Below are positions 8,818 to 19,600 of a DNA stretch of 30,391 bases, in pieces. The notes under the pieces were generated by a model, which worked only from the letters and a program-made list of their open reading frames with translations, was not told the DNA's origin and did no database searches. Positions within the stretch are counted from its first letter, which is position 1. Each line of letters begins with the position of its first letter. Location: IMG/VR virus record IMGVR_UViG_3300043444_000408, positions 1-30,391 of that record; one strand, written 5' to 3'. The DNA is from a virus (Duplodnaviria; Caudoviricetes). A program made the position numbers and the translations under genes.

Positions 8818-10623
8818 ATGCCTACAGTACCAGTTTATGACACACCAGTAGTCGACATGGCGGCGGGTTCGATGCCCGTCTTCCAAGCACCCGGCGTTGA
8901 GCCGATGCGCGATGTGGCTGGGCGTCAGATTTCCGAGAGCGGTCAGATGCTGATGAAGTCTGGCTTGGCTATTAAAAAGCTCGCCGACGAAATCAACTTT
9001 GACCTAGCCGAAGCAGGCGCAAAGCAAGACACCAACAAGCTGTCCGACAAGATCAGAAACATCGTTGTTGAGTACAACAAGCTCACCGGCAAAGAGGCTG
9101 TTGAAAGTCGCGACAAATACGCGAAGCAAATTGAAGACGCGATTGTTGGCATCACCGACGAAGTCAAGAACACAGACCAGCCTAAAGGCTACACAGCCCT
9201 GCGCCAGCAACTGTTTGCAAATGCCGCAAACACTCGACGCCAAGTGGCGATTGGTCAGCTTGACAGTCACTATCTGCCACAGCTCAAGAACTGGCAAATC
9301 GGCGAGGCAAAGTCTGCCATCCATAACTCGATCAACGACACTGCTGTTGCTGCTGGAGATTGGAAAGTCCCGACAGGAAATTACGCTAAATTCAAAGGCA
9401 CACTGATTGTCAATGTGGATGATCTTGCATTCAAGAGCGGCATCACAAAAATTGACGACAAAGGCAACAAGGTTGTCGACACTGACAGCCAGCAATACAA
9501 AGAACTGATGCGAACCAGCCTTACTGCTTTGCATTCCGATGTCATCAAAAACTTTGTGTCAAAAGATCAGGACGGTTTGGCTGCCGAATATCTCAAAGCC
9601 TTCAAAGGCGAGATTGCCGCCGACAAGCTGGACGAATTGACCAAGATGGTTGAGGTTGGATCTTCAAAAGACACCTCACTCAAACTCGCTATGTCGATGA
9701 CCGGCACGCTCAATGAGCAGCTTGCATTGCTTGAGTCAAAGTACAAAAAAGGCGAGATCACTTCTACCGTGTACGACATGACGCGCCAGCGCGTTGAGCA
9801 CAACTGGAATGTCCAGCAGCAAGGTCGCGCACAGTGGGAAAAGGGTTTGATCGGATCTGCTCAAGATTGGCTTCTCAAGAATCCAGAAAAGGGCATCACC
9901 GACATGCCGACAGAGATGTACAACAATCTCAAGAACACTGGTCACCTTGGATCAATACAAGCGTTTGCCAAGTCTGGTCGCTTTGACAATGATCCGAAGA
10001 CATGGGGTCAGATCATGAGCATGCCGACGACTACGCTGGCAGAGATGACGACCGATCAGTTTTATGTGAAGTATCGCGGAAAGCTGGACGACGCTCACCT
10101 CGAGCAAGGTATGGCTATGGTTGCCAATGCACGCGGCGAAGCAGGCGGAGCAAAGAACCCGAACACGGTCGAGATTGTCACTGTAAACGAGCGCATCACA
10201 CGCGCAGCCAAGGACGCGAAGATCATTCCATTCACTGGCGCGAAAAATGAGAAGCAGCAGGTTGAGCTTGGTCTGTTTGAAGACGAAGTGCAAAAGCGCG
10301 TCAATGCATTCTCTGCCACTCTTGCAAAAGGCAAGAAGCCAAGCGGCGAAGAGATTCAAAAAATCATCGATGGCGTTTTGATGGACAAAGTCAAGATCGA
10401 TGAGTTTGGTCGCGACCCAGAGAAGCCGCTGTTCCTCGTGCAAGGCAAACCTGATGTTCTCAAGAATGCGTACATCACAGTGCCTGACGGGCGCGACATC
10501 TACATCAGCAAAATATCTGCTATTGATACTGAAAAATACACGAAAAAACTTCGTGATGCTGGCATCCCTGTTACTCAGCGCAAGATTGCTGAGATGTGGG
10601 CAGCAGACAACCCAAGGAAATAA
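8818..10623 (+). CDS. Internal virion (ejection) protein, middle
   Basis: 601 aa helical protein starting MPTVPVYD, with GGAGG RBS. Lies between the small and giant ejection genes. Confidence 0.65.
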   Translation: MPTVPVYDTPVVDMAAGSMPVFQAPGVEPMRDVAGRQISESGQMLMKSGLAIKKLADEINFDLAEAGAKQDTNKLSDKIRNIVVEYNKLTGKEAVESRDKYAKQIEDAIVGITDEVKNTDQPKGYTALRQQLFANAANTRRQVAIGQLDSHYLPQLKNWQIGEAKSAIHNSINDTAVAAGDWKVPTGNYAKFKGTLIVNVDDLAFKSGITKIDDKGNKVVDTDSQQYKELMRTSLTALHSDVIKNFVSKDQDGLAAEYLKAFKGEIAADKLDELTKMVEVGSSKDTSLKLAMSMTGTLNEQLALLESKYKKGEITSTVYDMTRQRVEHNWNVQQQGRAQWEKGLIGSAQDWLLKNPEKGITDMPTEMYNNLKNTGHLGSIQAFAKSGRFDNDPKTWGQIMSMPTTTLAEMTTDQFYVKYRGKLDDAHLEQGMAMVANARGEAGGAKNPNTVEIVTVNERITRAAKDAKIIPFTGAKNEKQQVELGLFEDEVQKRVNAFSATLAKGKKPSGEEIQKIIDGVLMDKVKIDEFGRDPEKPLFLVQGKPDVLKNAYITVPDGRDIYISKISAIDTEKYTKKLRDAGIPVTQRKIAEMWAADNPRK

Positions 10624-10625
10624 CA

Positions 10626-13600
10626 ATGGCTGGTTCTGATGATCTGCTTAATTCATGGAAACAAGAGCGCAGTTTGACGCTCGAGCCTGTTGGCGAAATC
10701 AACAAGCCTAGCGCGTCTGATCAACTCATCAATGGGTGGAAAGCAAATCAAGAGCAGAGGTTTGCAATCTCTGTTCAAAGCGCTGTCAAGATCGACCCGA
10801 ACAATGCTGCACAAATTCAGCAGCTTGCAAAAGAACTGAGCCTGCCGACCGATGTGGTCGAGCGAAACAAGGCTGACCTTGATGCGTTTGTGAGATCACG
10901 CCGGATTGAGATGGCGGTGCTTGCACGCAACAACCCAGTGCTGGCGCAGCAGTTTGGCAACCCAGATTTTGCCGCGGTCGCGCATGACGACTACAACAAT
11001 CTGAGCCGGACTGAGCGCGTGATGCGCTGGTTCAAAGAAATTCCTGAAGACGCAGCCAAGGGCTGGCAAGTGGGTCGTCTGCAATCTGAGCAAGGCTTGC
11101 TTGGCGAGCGTGCAATGGTTGGCGCTGCCGACGAGCAAATGTGGAAGCGCATCAACGAGATCAATGCCAAGACCAAAGAACTGAAAGGCACTGGCGGCTT
11201 TATTGAGTCTGCGTCCAAGATCCTTGGTCAGATGTCATATACGCTGCCAGAGGCTGTGCAATATGGCGAAGCTGCTGCTCTGACTGCTGGTGGTGCTGCA
11301 TTGATCGCTGGTCAAGTAGGACCGCAGGTTGCTGTGCCTGAAGAAATTGTGACAGTGCCGACTGCAACTGTTGGCGGATTTGTTGCTGGCATGACAGCCA
11401 AGATGGCAGAGCAGTCGTATCGCATCGAAGCTGGTCAGGCTTACCTTGACATGATCAAAGATGGTGTCGACAAAAACATTGCACGCAATGTGTCCGCCGG
11501 TGTTGGCTTGGTCAATGCCACACTTGAGGTTGTCGGTATCGGATATGTTGCAGCTCCGCTGAAAAAAGCATTGACGCAAGCCGTGACTGAAGAAGTCACG
11601 AAAGCATTGGTGAAGCCAACGGTCAAACAAGCCATGATCGAGTTTGGCAAAAACTACGGCAAGGCATGGACCGCTGAGACCAGCACTGAAATCTTTCAAG
11701 AAATTTCAACCATCGCAGGCGAAGAGATTGCCAAGTCGATGTCAAAGCAAGACTTTGAGTCAAAGATCAATACACCTGAAGGTCGCGCTGAAATTGCACA
11801 GCGCCTTGCTGGCGTGTTTGAAGAGGTTGGCAAAGGCATGGCATTGCTTGCCATCCCGGGTGCAGCAATCAATTTCAAAGGTGATTACAGCAGAGCAAAA
11901 GAAGCGCAGCGTCAAGAACAGTTTTTTACAGAGCTTGGATCTGCGAGCACTGACTCTGAGCTACGCAAGCGCAGCCCGGATGTATTCCACAACTTGATCT
12001 CTGAACAAGCTGCTGCTGCTGGCGTTGAGAACATCTATGTGGACGGTGCAAAGTTTGCACAATCGATGCGTGAGTCTGGTGTCACGATTGATGACCTACG
12101 CAAGACAATGCCTGCTGTTGCCGAGCAGATCGACAATGCTGTGGCATCAGGTACTGACATCGTCGTGCCAACTGGCGACTACGCAACTCACATTGCCCCA
12201 ACTGACTTTGGCAAGGTGCTGCTGCAACACGCCCGCGCAGATGTAGACGCCATGAGCGCGTCTGATCTGAAAGAATTCGAGCAGCAAAAGCGTGACTTCA
12301 TTAAGCAAGCGGCAGAGGTTGCACTTGAAAAGAACGCAAACAACGAAGAGTTTGGCAAAGCTGCCAAAGAGGTTGAAAACCTCATGTTTGTGCAGCTCAA
12401 AGAGACCGGCAAGTTTACGGACAACATGGCTCGCATGAACGCGCAATTTGTGCGCGACTTCGTGGTGACTCAGGCTGCCCGCCAGAACATCATGCCGACC
12501 GATTACTACAGCCGGTACATGTACAAAGTGACCACTGAAGGTCAACCGGTGTTCAGTCAAGAAGTGCTCGACGACGCAGCTAATGTACTGACGGCAACGC
12601 CTGAATTCCAAAAGTGGTTTGGCAGCTCAATCATGAAGAGCCAAGACGGCAAGCCGATGGTCCTGTACCACGGAACTGCTGACAGCGTTGAGCAATTTGA
12701 CTTTGACCATCCGAGCCGCAAAGACAGTGGCTGGCTTGGCACTGGCGTGTACCTGACTGACAGCACAGACATGGCTGATCTGTATGCCATGCAAAAACGC
12801 CGCGCAGGCAAAGCTGGTGAGAATGTCATGCCGCTGTATGCCCGCCTCGAGAATCCGTACTATGCGACGGCAGAGGACAAGGCAGCGATCAAGGCTGGCG
12901 GTCGCGAGGCTGCTGACGCATTTACTGCCAAGCTAAAGTCTGAAGGCTACGACGGCGTGATCTATCAGGTCGCCGACGACGCCCGCGAGATTGTTGTGTT
13001 CGACAACAAGGCGGTCAAATCAATTTTCAATGAAGGCACATGGAGTCGTGGCACTGCGAATCTGCTCAAGCAATCGCTGTCTACGCGCCTGCCTTCTGCC
13101 GTCAAAGCCACCGAAGATCCACTGGGCGAAACGCTCAACATCAACTTCGATGTGACGCTGTCTGATCCTGTCACGCTGGCAAAGAATGTGAAGGTGCTAC
13201 AAGAAACGCCGAACATGCGAAAGCTGACCGGCAAAGGCGCAAAAGATCCTGTCCGCAACGCTGAAGCATTCATTGATCATGTGGTCGAGAACTTGCTCAT
13301 GCTGCACGACGCTTTCCCGGCTGAGATGCGTGAGCGTGCCGAGCTTTGGTACGACGGAGGTCGCAAGACTGTCGAGGCTTGGGCAAACCGGTACGGCATC
13401 AGCGAGATGCAGGGCGCCGCGGCTATTGCCGTGCTGTCGCCACAGAATGGCTGGTTCCCAAATGTGAGTGCAGCCGAGCGCGTGGCTGACATCGTCTTTG
13501 GCATGCGCGACTTCCGCTGGGATGACGCCATGACTGCCGAGGCAAACCGAATCACCAAAGGTGAGCCGGATGCCAAGATGCAAGAGGCTATGGGGAAAAC

Positions 13601-16600
13601 CCTAAATGAGCTGCTTGCCAACCCTGATCTGGCTGCACGCTGGGTCCGCGTCTATGACCAGACCTACAACAATCGCGCCTATCGCATCCTGACCCCAGAG
13701 GGCGGTGCGGCTGACTATGCCAAGACCGCTGGCGGCAACGACGCCACAATGGCATGGAAGAGCTACGCCACTATCGCCAAGGCAATCTCGATCTACACCG
13801 ACGGTCGCGCTGAGAATGTGTACTACCAGCTCGGTCGCGAGCACAAGGTCCGCAACTTCTACAACAACCTGTTCGCGCCTAACAGCGACTTAGGGTTTAC
13901 CACTATCGATACCCATGCAGTCGCGGCTGCGCTGTTGCGCCCGCTGGCTGCCAACGACACAGAGGTCGTGCAAGCCTTTGGAAGCGCCGGTAGCGCGTCT
14001 TCTTCGATGACGGGTCTCAATGGTACCTACCCCCTCTATTTGGAGGCGTACAGACGCGCTGCTGAAGCCAGAGGCATATTGCCCCGCCAGATGCAGTCCG
14101 TGACATGGGAAGCCGTGCGTGGTCTGTTTGAGGCTGCCAAGAAGAGCGGGCTGAAAGAGGGCGCCAACGCCATCTGGGAACGCTACAAGAAGGGCGAGAT
14201 CGAGCAGGCACAAGCACAGCAAGAAATCATGAAACTGGCTGGCGGCATTACTGCGCCAAGCTGGTCCAAGGTGCCATTCAACGATACCGTAACCCGGACC
14301 TATGAGGGACCAGCGCAAGCTGCCATCGATGCGGCTGGAGACAAAGGCGCCGCATTCAGCGACACCAATCCCCGGGTGTTCTTCGAGGTCGCGCCAGATC
14401 CAAACGACAAAGCACTCACCGAACAGTGGAATTTGCTGCCCGATGAAGAGAAGTCCAGAATTTCGCAACAAATCGCCACAGCAATCGTCCCGAAGGTACT
14501 AGAGGAAGTCGGTACCAATGGCGAATTCACGATGCAGCTCGGTGGCTACGAGGGCGCAACCAACCCATCAATGACTCTTGCGGTCGACCGCCCAGAGCTG
14601 GCGCTAACTGCTGCCAAGCTGTTGGGCTTCGCGCTGTCTCAGGACAGCATGATGATCGTGAGCGAGAAGCAGGTGGTAGGCACCGAGGCTGTCGGCGCTG
14701 TGTCTATCGATCTGCCAGAGGGCTACGGCGAAAAAGAGATCCGCGCCCTGTACGACAAATTGTGGGAACTCGAGCGTGACGGCAAGAAGCTGATCGGCGG
14801 TCACACCACTGCCAATGGGCACATGGTGATCCTGAATTATTCCGGCTTGCCAAACGAAGAGCTTTCGTTGATAATAGATCAACATTTGGACGGTCAATTC
14901 ACGGTTCGTGAAAATACCGTCTTTTCGTCGTTCCCTAACAAGGAGGAATACAACTATGCCGGTGATCAAGAATCAACCGCTGCCGGACGGGCACCCGCTC
15001 AAAGACGGGCTAATAGTCTTCGGGCAGAAGCAACCCAACTCCTCAGAGACCAGCTCGGAGGCGGCGTCTTCAGGCAAGCCCCCGCGGCAAGAGCTGGAGG
15101 CATCGCGCCTCTACGAGCAGGAGATCTCGAAGTTACCCAGCGATACGGTGAGCCAAAACCCGGCGCAACCTCAGTCGTTGGAATCCACTATTCTCGCGAA
15201 TCTCGGGGAACTCTCTCCGGGTACTTCTACGGAACAGGATTAAAAGGTGCTGAAAAAGCGCGACTCGATGGCTCGCCTGATGGGCGCTTGCGTCAGCGCA
15301 TCCACTTCTATGTGGACACGGGCGCAGGTGTACGCCCAGAATCTGGTGTTGGCGGAAATGTGCACGCCGTCAACCTTGACAATCTTTATGATGTCTCTGC
15401 CGATCCGCTAGGTATCCGCAAAACTGTTGAAGCCATCACCGGTCGCGACGACAAGGGTTTTTGGTTCAACGAAGTAGAGACTGCAATCCTCGATGCTGGC
15501 TTTGATGGTGTCTATGTGCCGGGTGCACAAGGCAACCAAGGCGTGGCTGTATTGCTCGGCAATCACAGTGTGCAGGTCGATCAGAAAGGTGCAATCCAAC
15601 AACGCGCAGCAGAAGCCCCAGCAGAGCCACGCAGCACCCGCATGCGCTATGCATTGCTGTCTGCTGAGATCCGCCAATACTCCGAACAAGAAGCTGCCAT
15701 CAAGAAGGCTGCGCCATCCGCCAATCTGGCTGCTGGCACACTGACATTCGACGAGGCTGACCGTGCTGCAATTGAAGGGTTCTTCCCGGGAGCGGTGAAG
15801 TCTGCTCGATTCATGCAGCCAGCTCGTGGTGGCTTTGATCCGCAGCGTCTGATGACGATCCTCACCGAGAAGAGCGACAACTCTACATTCCTGCACGAGA
15901 CCGCTCACTTCTTCTTGACCGTGTATGCCGACATGGCGATGCAGCCAAATGCGCCGCAGCAGGTCAAGGACGACATGAACGCATTGCTCAAGTGGTTTGG
16001 GGTCAAAGACCTCGAGACATGGAACAACATGTCAATCGATGAGCAACGCAAGTATCACGAGCAATTTGCGTACAACTACGAGATCTACCTGTTTGAAGGC
16101 AAGGCGCCGAGCATCAAGCTGCAAACGCTGTTTGATCGATTCTCTGCATGGTTGCGCCGTGTGTACATCTCGATCCGCGATGACCTCAACGAAACCTACA
16201 AGCAAGAGCATGGCACTGACCTGCCGATCCTGACCGGCGAGGTTCGACAAGTCATGGACCGCATGGTCGCCAGCGATGAGCAGATCAAGCAAGCCGAGAC
16301 CGTCCGCAACATGGTGCCGATGTACCAGACGCAGGCGCAGGCAAACATGACCGACGCTGAATGGGCTGCCTATCAGGACGCCATGCGCGAAGCAACCGAC
16401 ACCGCAAGCGCAGAGCTGACCGCGGCATCTATGCGTCAAATGAAGTGGCTGGCAAATGCTCGCAGCCGGGTGCTCAAAGAAATGCAGAAAGCCACGGCTG
16501 ACACGCGCAAGCAAGTGCGTGCCGAAGTCGAGGAAGAGGTCCGCAACGACCCGCTGTACAAAGCCATGAACTGGCTCAAGCGCGGCGAGATGGTGGACGA

Positions 16601-19600
16601 GCAAGGCAACGAGATCAAAGCAGAGGCAGGATTTAAGCTGTCCATCGAATCCGTCAAAGCCATGTACCCAGAAAGCGATGCAGGTCTGGCATCCGTGCCT
16701 GACTACCGCAAGCTGGGCTTTGGCAAGTACGGCATGCTGGCTGATGAAGGTCTGCACCCTGACATCGTGGCTGATATGTTTGGCTTCCGCTCTGGCGATG
16801 CGCTTGTGCGCTCGCTGCTTGACGCCAAGAAATTCAGCGAAGAGGTTGAAGCTCGCACCGATGAGCGCATGCTCAACGAGTACGGCGAGATGACAGATCC
16901 GAAAGCCATCGAGGTTGCGGTCGAGCGTGCCTTGCACAACGAGGCTCGCGCTCGATTTGTTGCGACAGAATTGCGTTTCATTGCCAAGGCAATGCGCCCT
17001 GTTCGCATCATGCTTGAAGCAGCCAAACAGGCAGCACGCACAGCATTGAGCAACAAGGCAATCGGTACCATCAAGCCTCGTGAATACTCAATGGCAGAAG
17101 CTCGCGCAGCCAAGGCTGCTGAAGAGCACATGAAGAAAGGCGAGACCACCAAGGCTGTGCAAGCAAAGCAGCAGCAACTGCTGAACAACCAGCTCGCAGC
17201 CGAGTCGATCAAAGCCAACACTGAAGTCGCCAAGGCTTTGGAATTCTTCAAGAAGGTATTTGCCAAGGACGAGAAGATTGCCAAGTCTCGCGACATGAAT
17301 TTGGTCAGCGCAGCTCGTGCCATCCTTGCCAACTATGGCTTGGGTGCAACCGACATGAGTGCTGGCGCGTATCTCGAGAAAGTCAAAGCATACGACCCAG
17401 AGTTTTATGCTGAGATCGAGCCGATGATTACTGCTCACCAGCAGACCGGAAAACCTGTTGAGCAACTGACCTACGATGAATTCATAGACATGCGCGATCA
17501 GGTGCAGGCACTGTGGCATTTATCCAAGCAGATCAACACCATCGAGATTGATGGCAAGAAAGTCAGCCGCGATGAAGCAGTCAAAGAGCTGACCGACCGC
17601 ATCGATGTTGTCGACACAAAGAAAGAGCGTGCCGGGTACAAGAAAGCGATCACAGACAAAGAGAAGGGCAAGATCATGCTCATGGGCGCACGCGCTGCGC
17701 TGCGTCGCGTTGAGAGCTGGGTCGATGTCATGGACGGTGGCAAGGCTGATGGTCCGTTCCGCAAGTACATCTGGACACCAATCAGCGAGGCTGTTGCCAA
17801 GTACCGCATCGCCAAGACTGATTATCTCGAGCAATACCTCAACATCATCAAGGGCGTTGAGAAAGGTCTGAATGCTGGCTCGATCTCTGCTGTTGAGATT
17901 GGCTACGAATTCAAGAATAAGGCAGAGCTGCTGCACGCAATCCTGCACACTGGCAACGAGTCCAACAAGCGCAAGCTGCTGCTTGGTCGCGAATGGGCTT
18001 TTGAGAATGAAGACGGCACGATGAACACAACGCAGTGGGACACATTCCTACAGCGCATGTATGCCGAAAAAATTCTCACGAAGGCTGACTACGACTTTGC
18101 TCAAAATGTTTGGGATCTGCTCGAGAAGATGAAGCCAGAGGCACAGCGCGTGCACCGCGACATGTACGGCTTCTACTTCAACGAGATCACAGCCGATGCA
18201 ATCGAGACACCGTTTGGCGTCTACCGCGGCGGCTATGTGCCTGCCGTGACTGATCCGTGGATCGTGACTGATGCTGCTGTCCGCAACGAGCAAGAGACTC
18301 AAGCGACCGACAACAGCTACATGTTCCCGACCACTGGTCGCGGCTTTACCAAAGGTCGTGTGGACTACAACAAGCCGCTGATCTTGGACCTTGGCTACCT
18401 GCCATCGCACATCGACAAAGTGCTGCGTTTCACCTACATCGAGCCACGCGTCAAAGATGTGGCAAAGATTGTGAAAACCAACAAGACTTTTGCAGCGTCG
18501 ATGGACCAGCTTGATCCAACCATCCGCGGCGATATGCTTGTGCCTTGGCTACAGCGTACCGCGCAGCAGATGATCCAGATGCCGATGAAGGGCATGGGCG
18601 GCAAGCTCGCTCATAAATTCTTCAGCGAGGTTCGTAATCGCACCGGCATGCAGATGATGGTTGCCAACATCACCAACGCGTTGCAGCAGATCACAGGTCT
18701 GTCTATTGCCGCTGTCAAGGTCGCGCCTAAGTATCTGCGCGATGCACTGTGGACCTATGTGCGCCAGCCGACCGTCACTGCAAACATGGTGGCTGAGAAG
18801 TCTGAGTACATGCGTACCCGCATGAGCAACACGCAGTTTGAGGTCAACAAGCAAATCGAAGAGCTGCTGGTCGACCCAAGCAAGTACGAGAAGCTGCGCG
18901 ACTTTGCGAACAAGCACGGCTACTTTATGCAGCAAGGCATGCAGAATATGGTTGACACAATGGTCTGGGTTGGCGCGTACAACGAGGCTGTGGCTAAAGG
19001 CGTGGACACCGACATTGAGGCTGTTCGTATAGCCGATGCTGCTGTGCGTCAAACTCAGGGCAGCTTTGCTCCTGAAGATGTGTCTCGCTTCGAGACAGGC
19101 AACGCATTCGTGCGTGCCTTCACTATGTTCTACAGCTACTTCAACATGCAAGCCAACTTGCTTGGCACGGAATTCACAAAGACCGTGCGCGAGTTTGGCG
19201 TGAAGAAAGGCATGGGGCGCTTGCTCTATGTCTATGTGTTTGCCTTCATGATCCCGGCTGTACTGTCTGAGATCATTGTGCAGGGCGCAGGCGGATTCGA
19301 TGACGGCGATGACGATGAGTACGACATGTACGACGCGATGTCTCTGTTCTTTGGATCTCAGGCTCGCACTGCTTTGGCAATGGTTCCGGTGCTTGGCTCG
19401 TCGATCACGGCTGGCTTTAACATGTGGAACGAAAAACCATACGATGACAGGATTTCAACATCCGCATCGATCTCCGCGCTCGAGGCAACTGTTCGGGCAC
19501 CGAAGTCCCTGTACGACGCAATCGCCGAAGACAAGTCTTGGCGCAAGGCTGTACGCGACACACTCACCGCAATCGGCATGATCACCGGTCTACCGCTCGG

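Noticed and set aside
10596-10625. ORF-track upstream starts (10596, 8104, 14908, 25175, 25380, 25528, 26759, 29464, 30073)
   Set aside because: Downstream ATGs have better RBS placement or avoid long overlaps with neighbouring genes.
14886-14915. Second intragenic promoter TTGGAC...GAAAAT
   Set aside because: Weaker match with an 18-nt spacer; the 14847-14875 candidate fits better.
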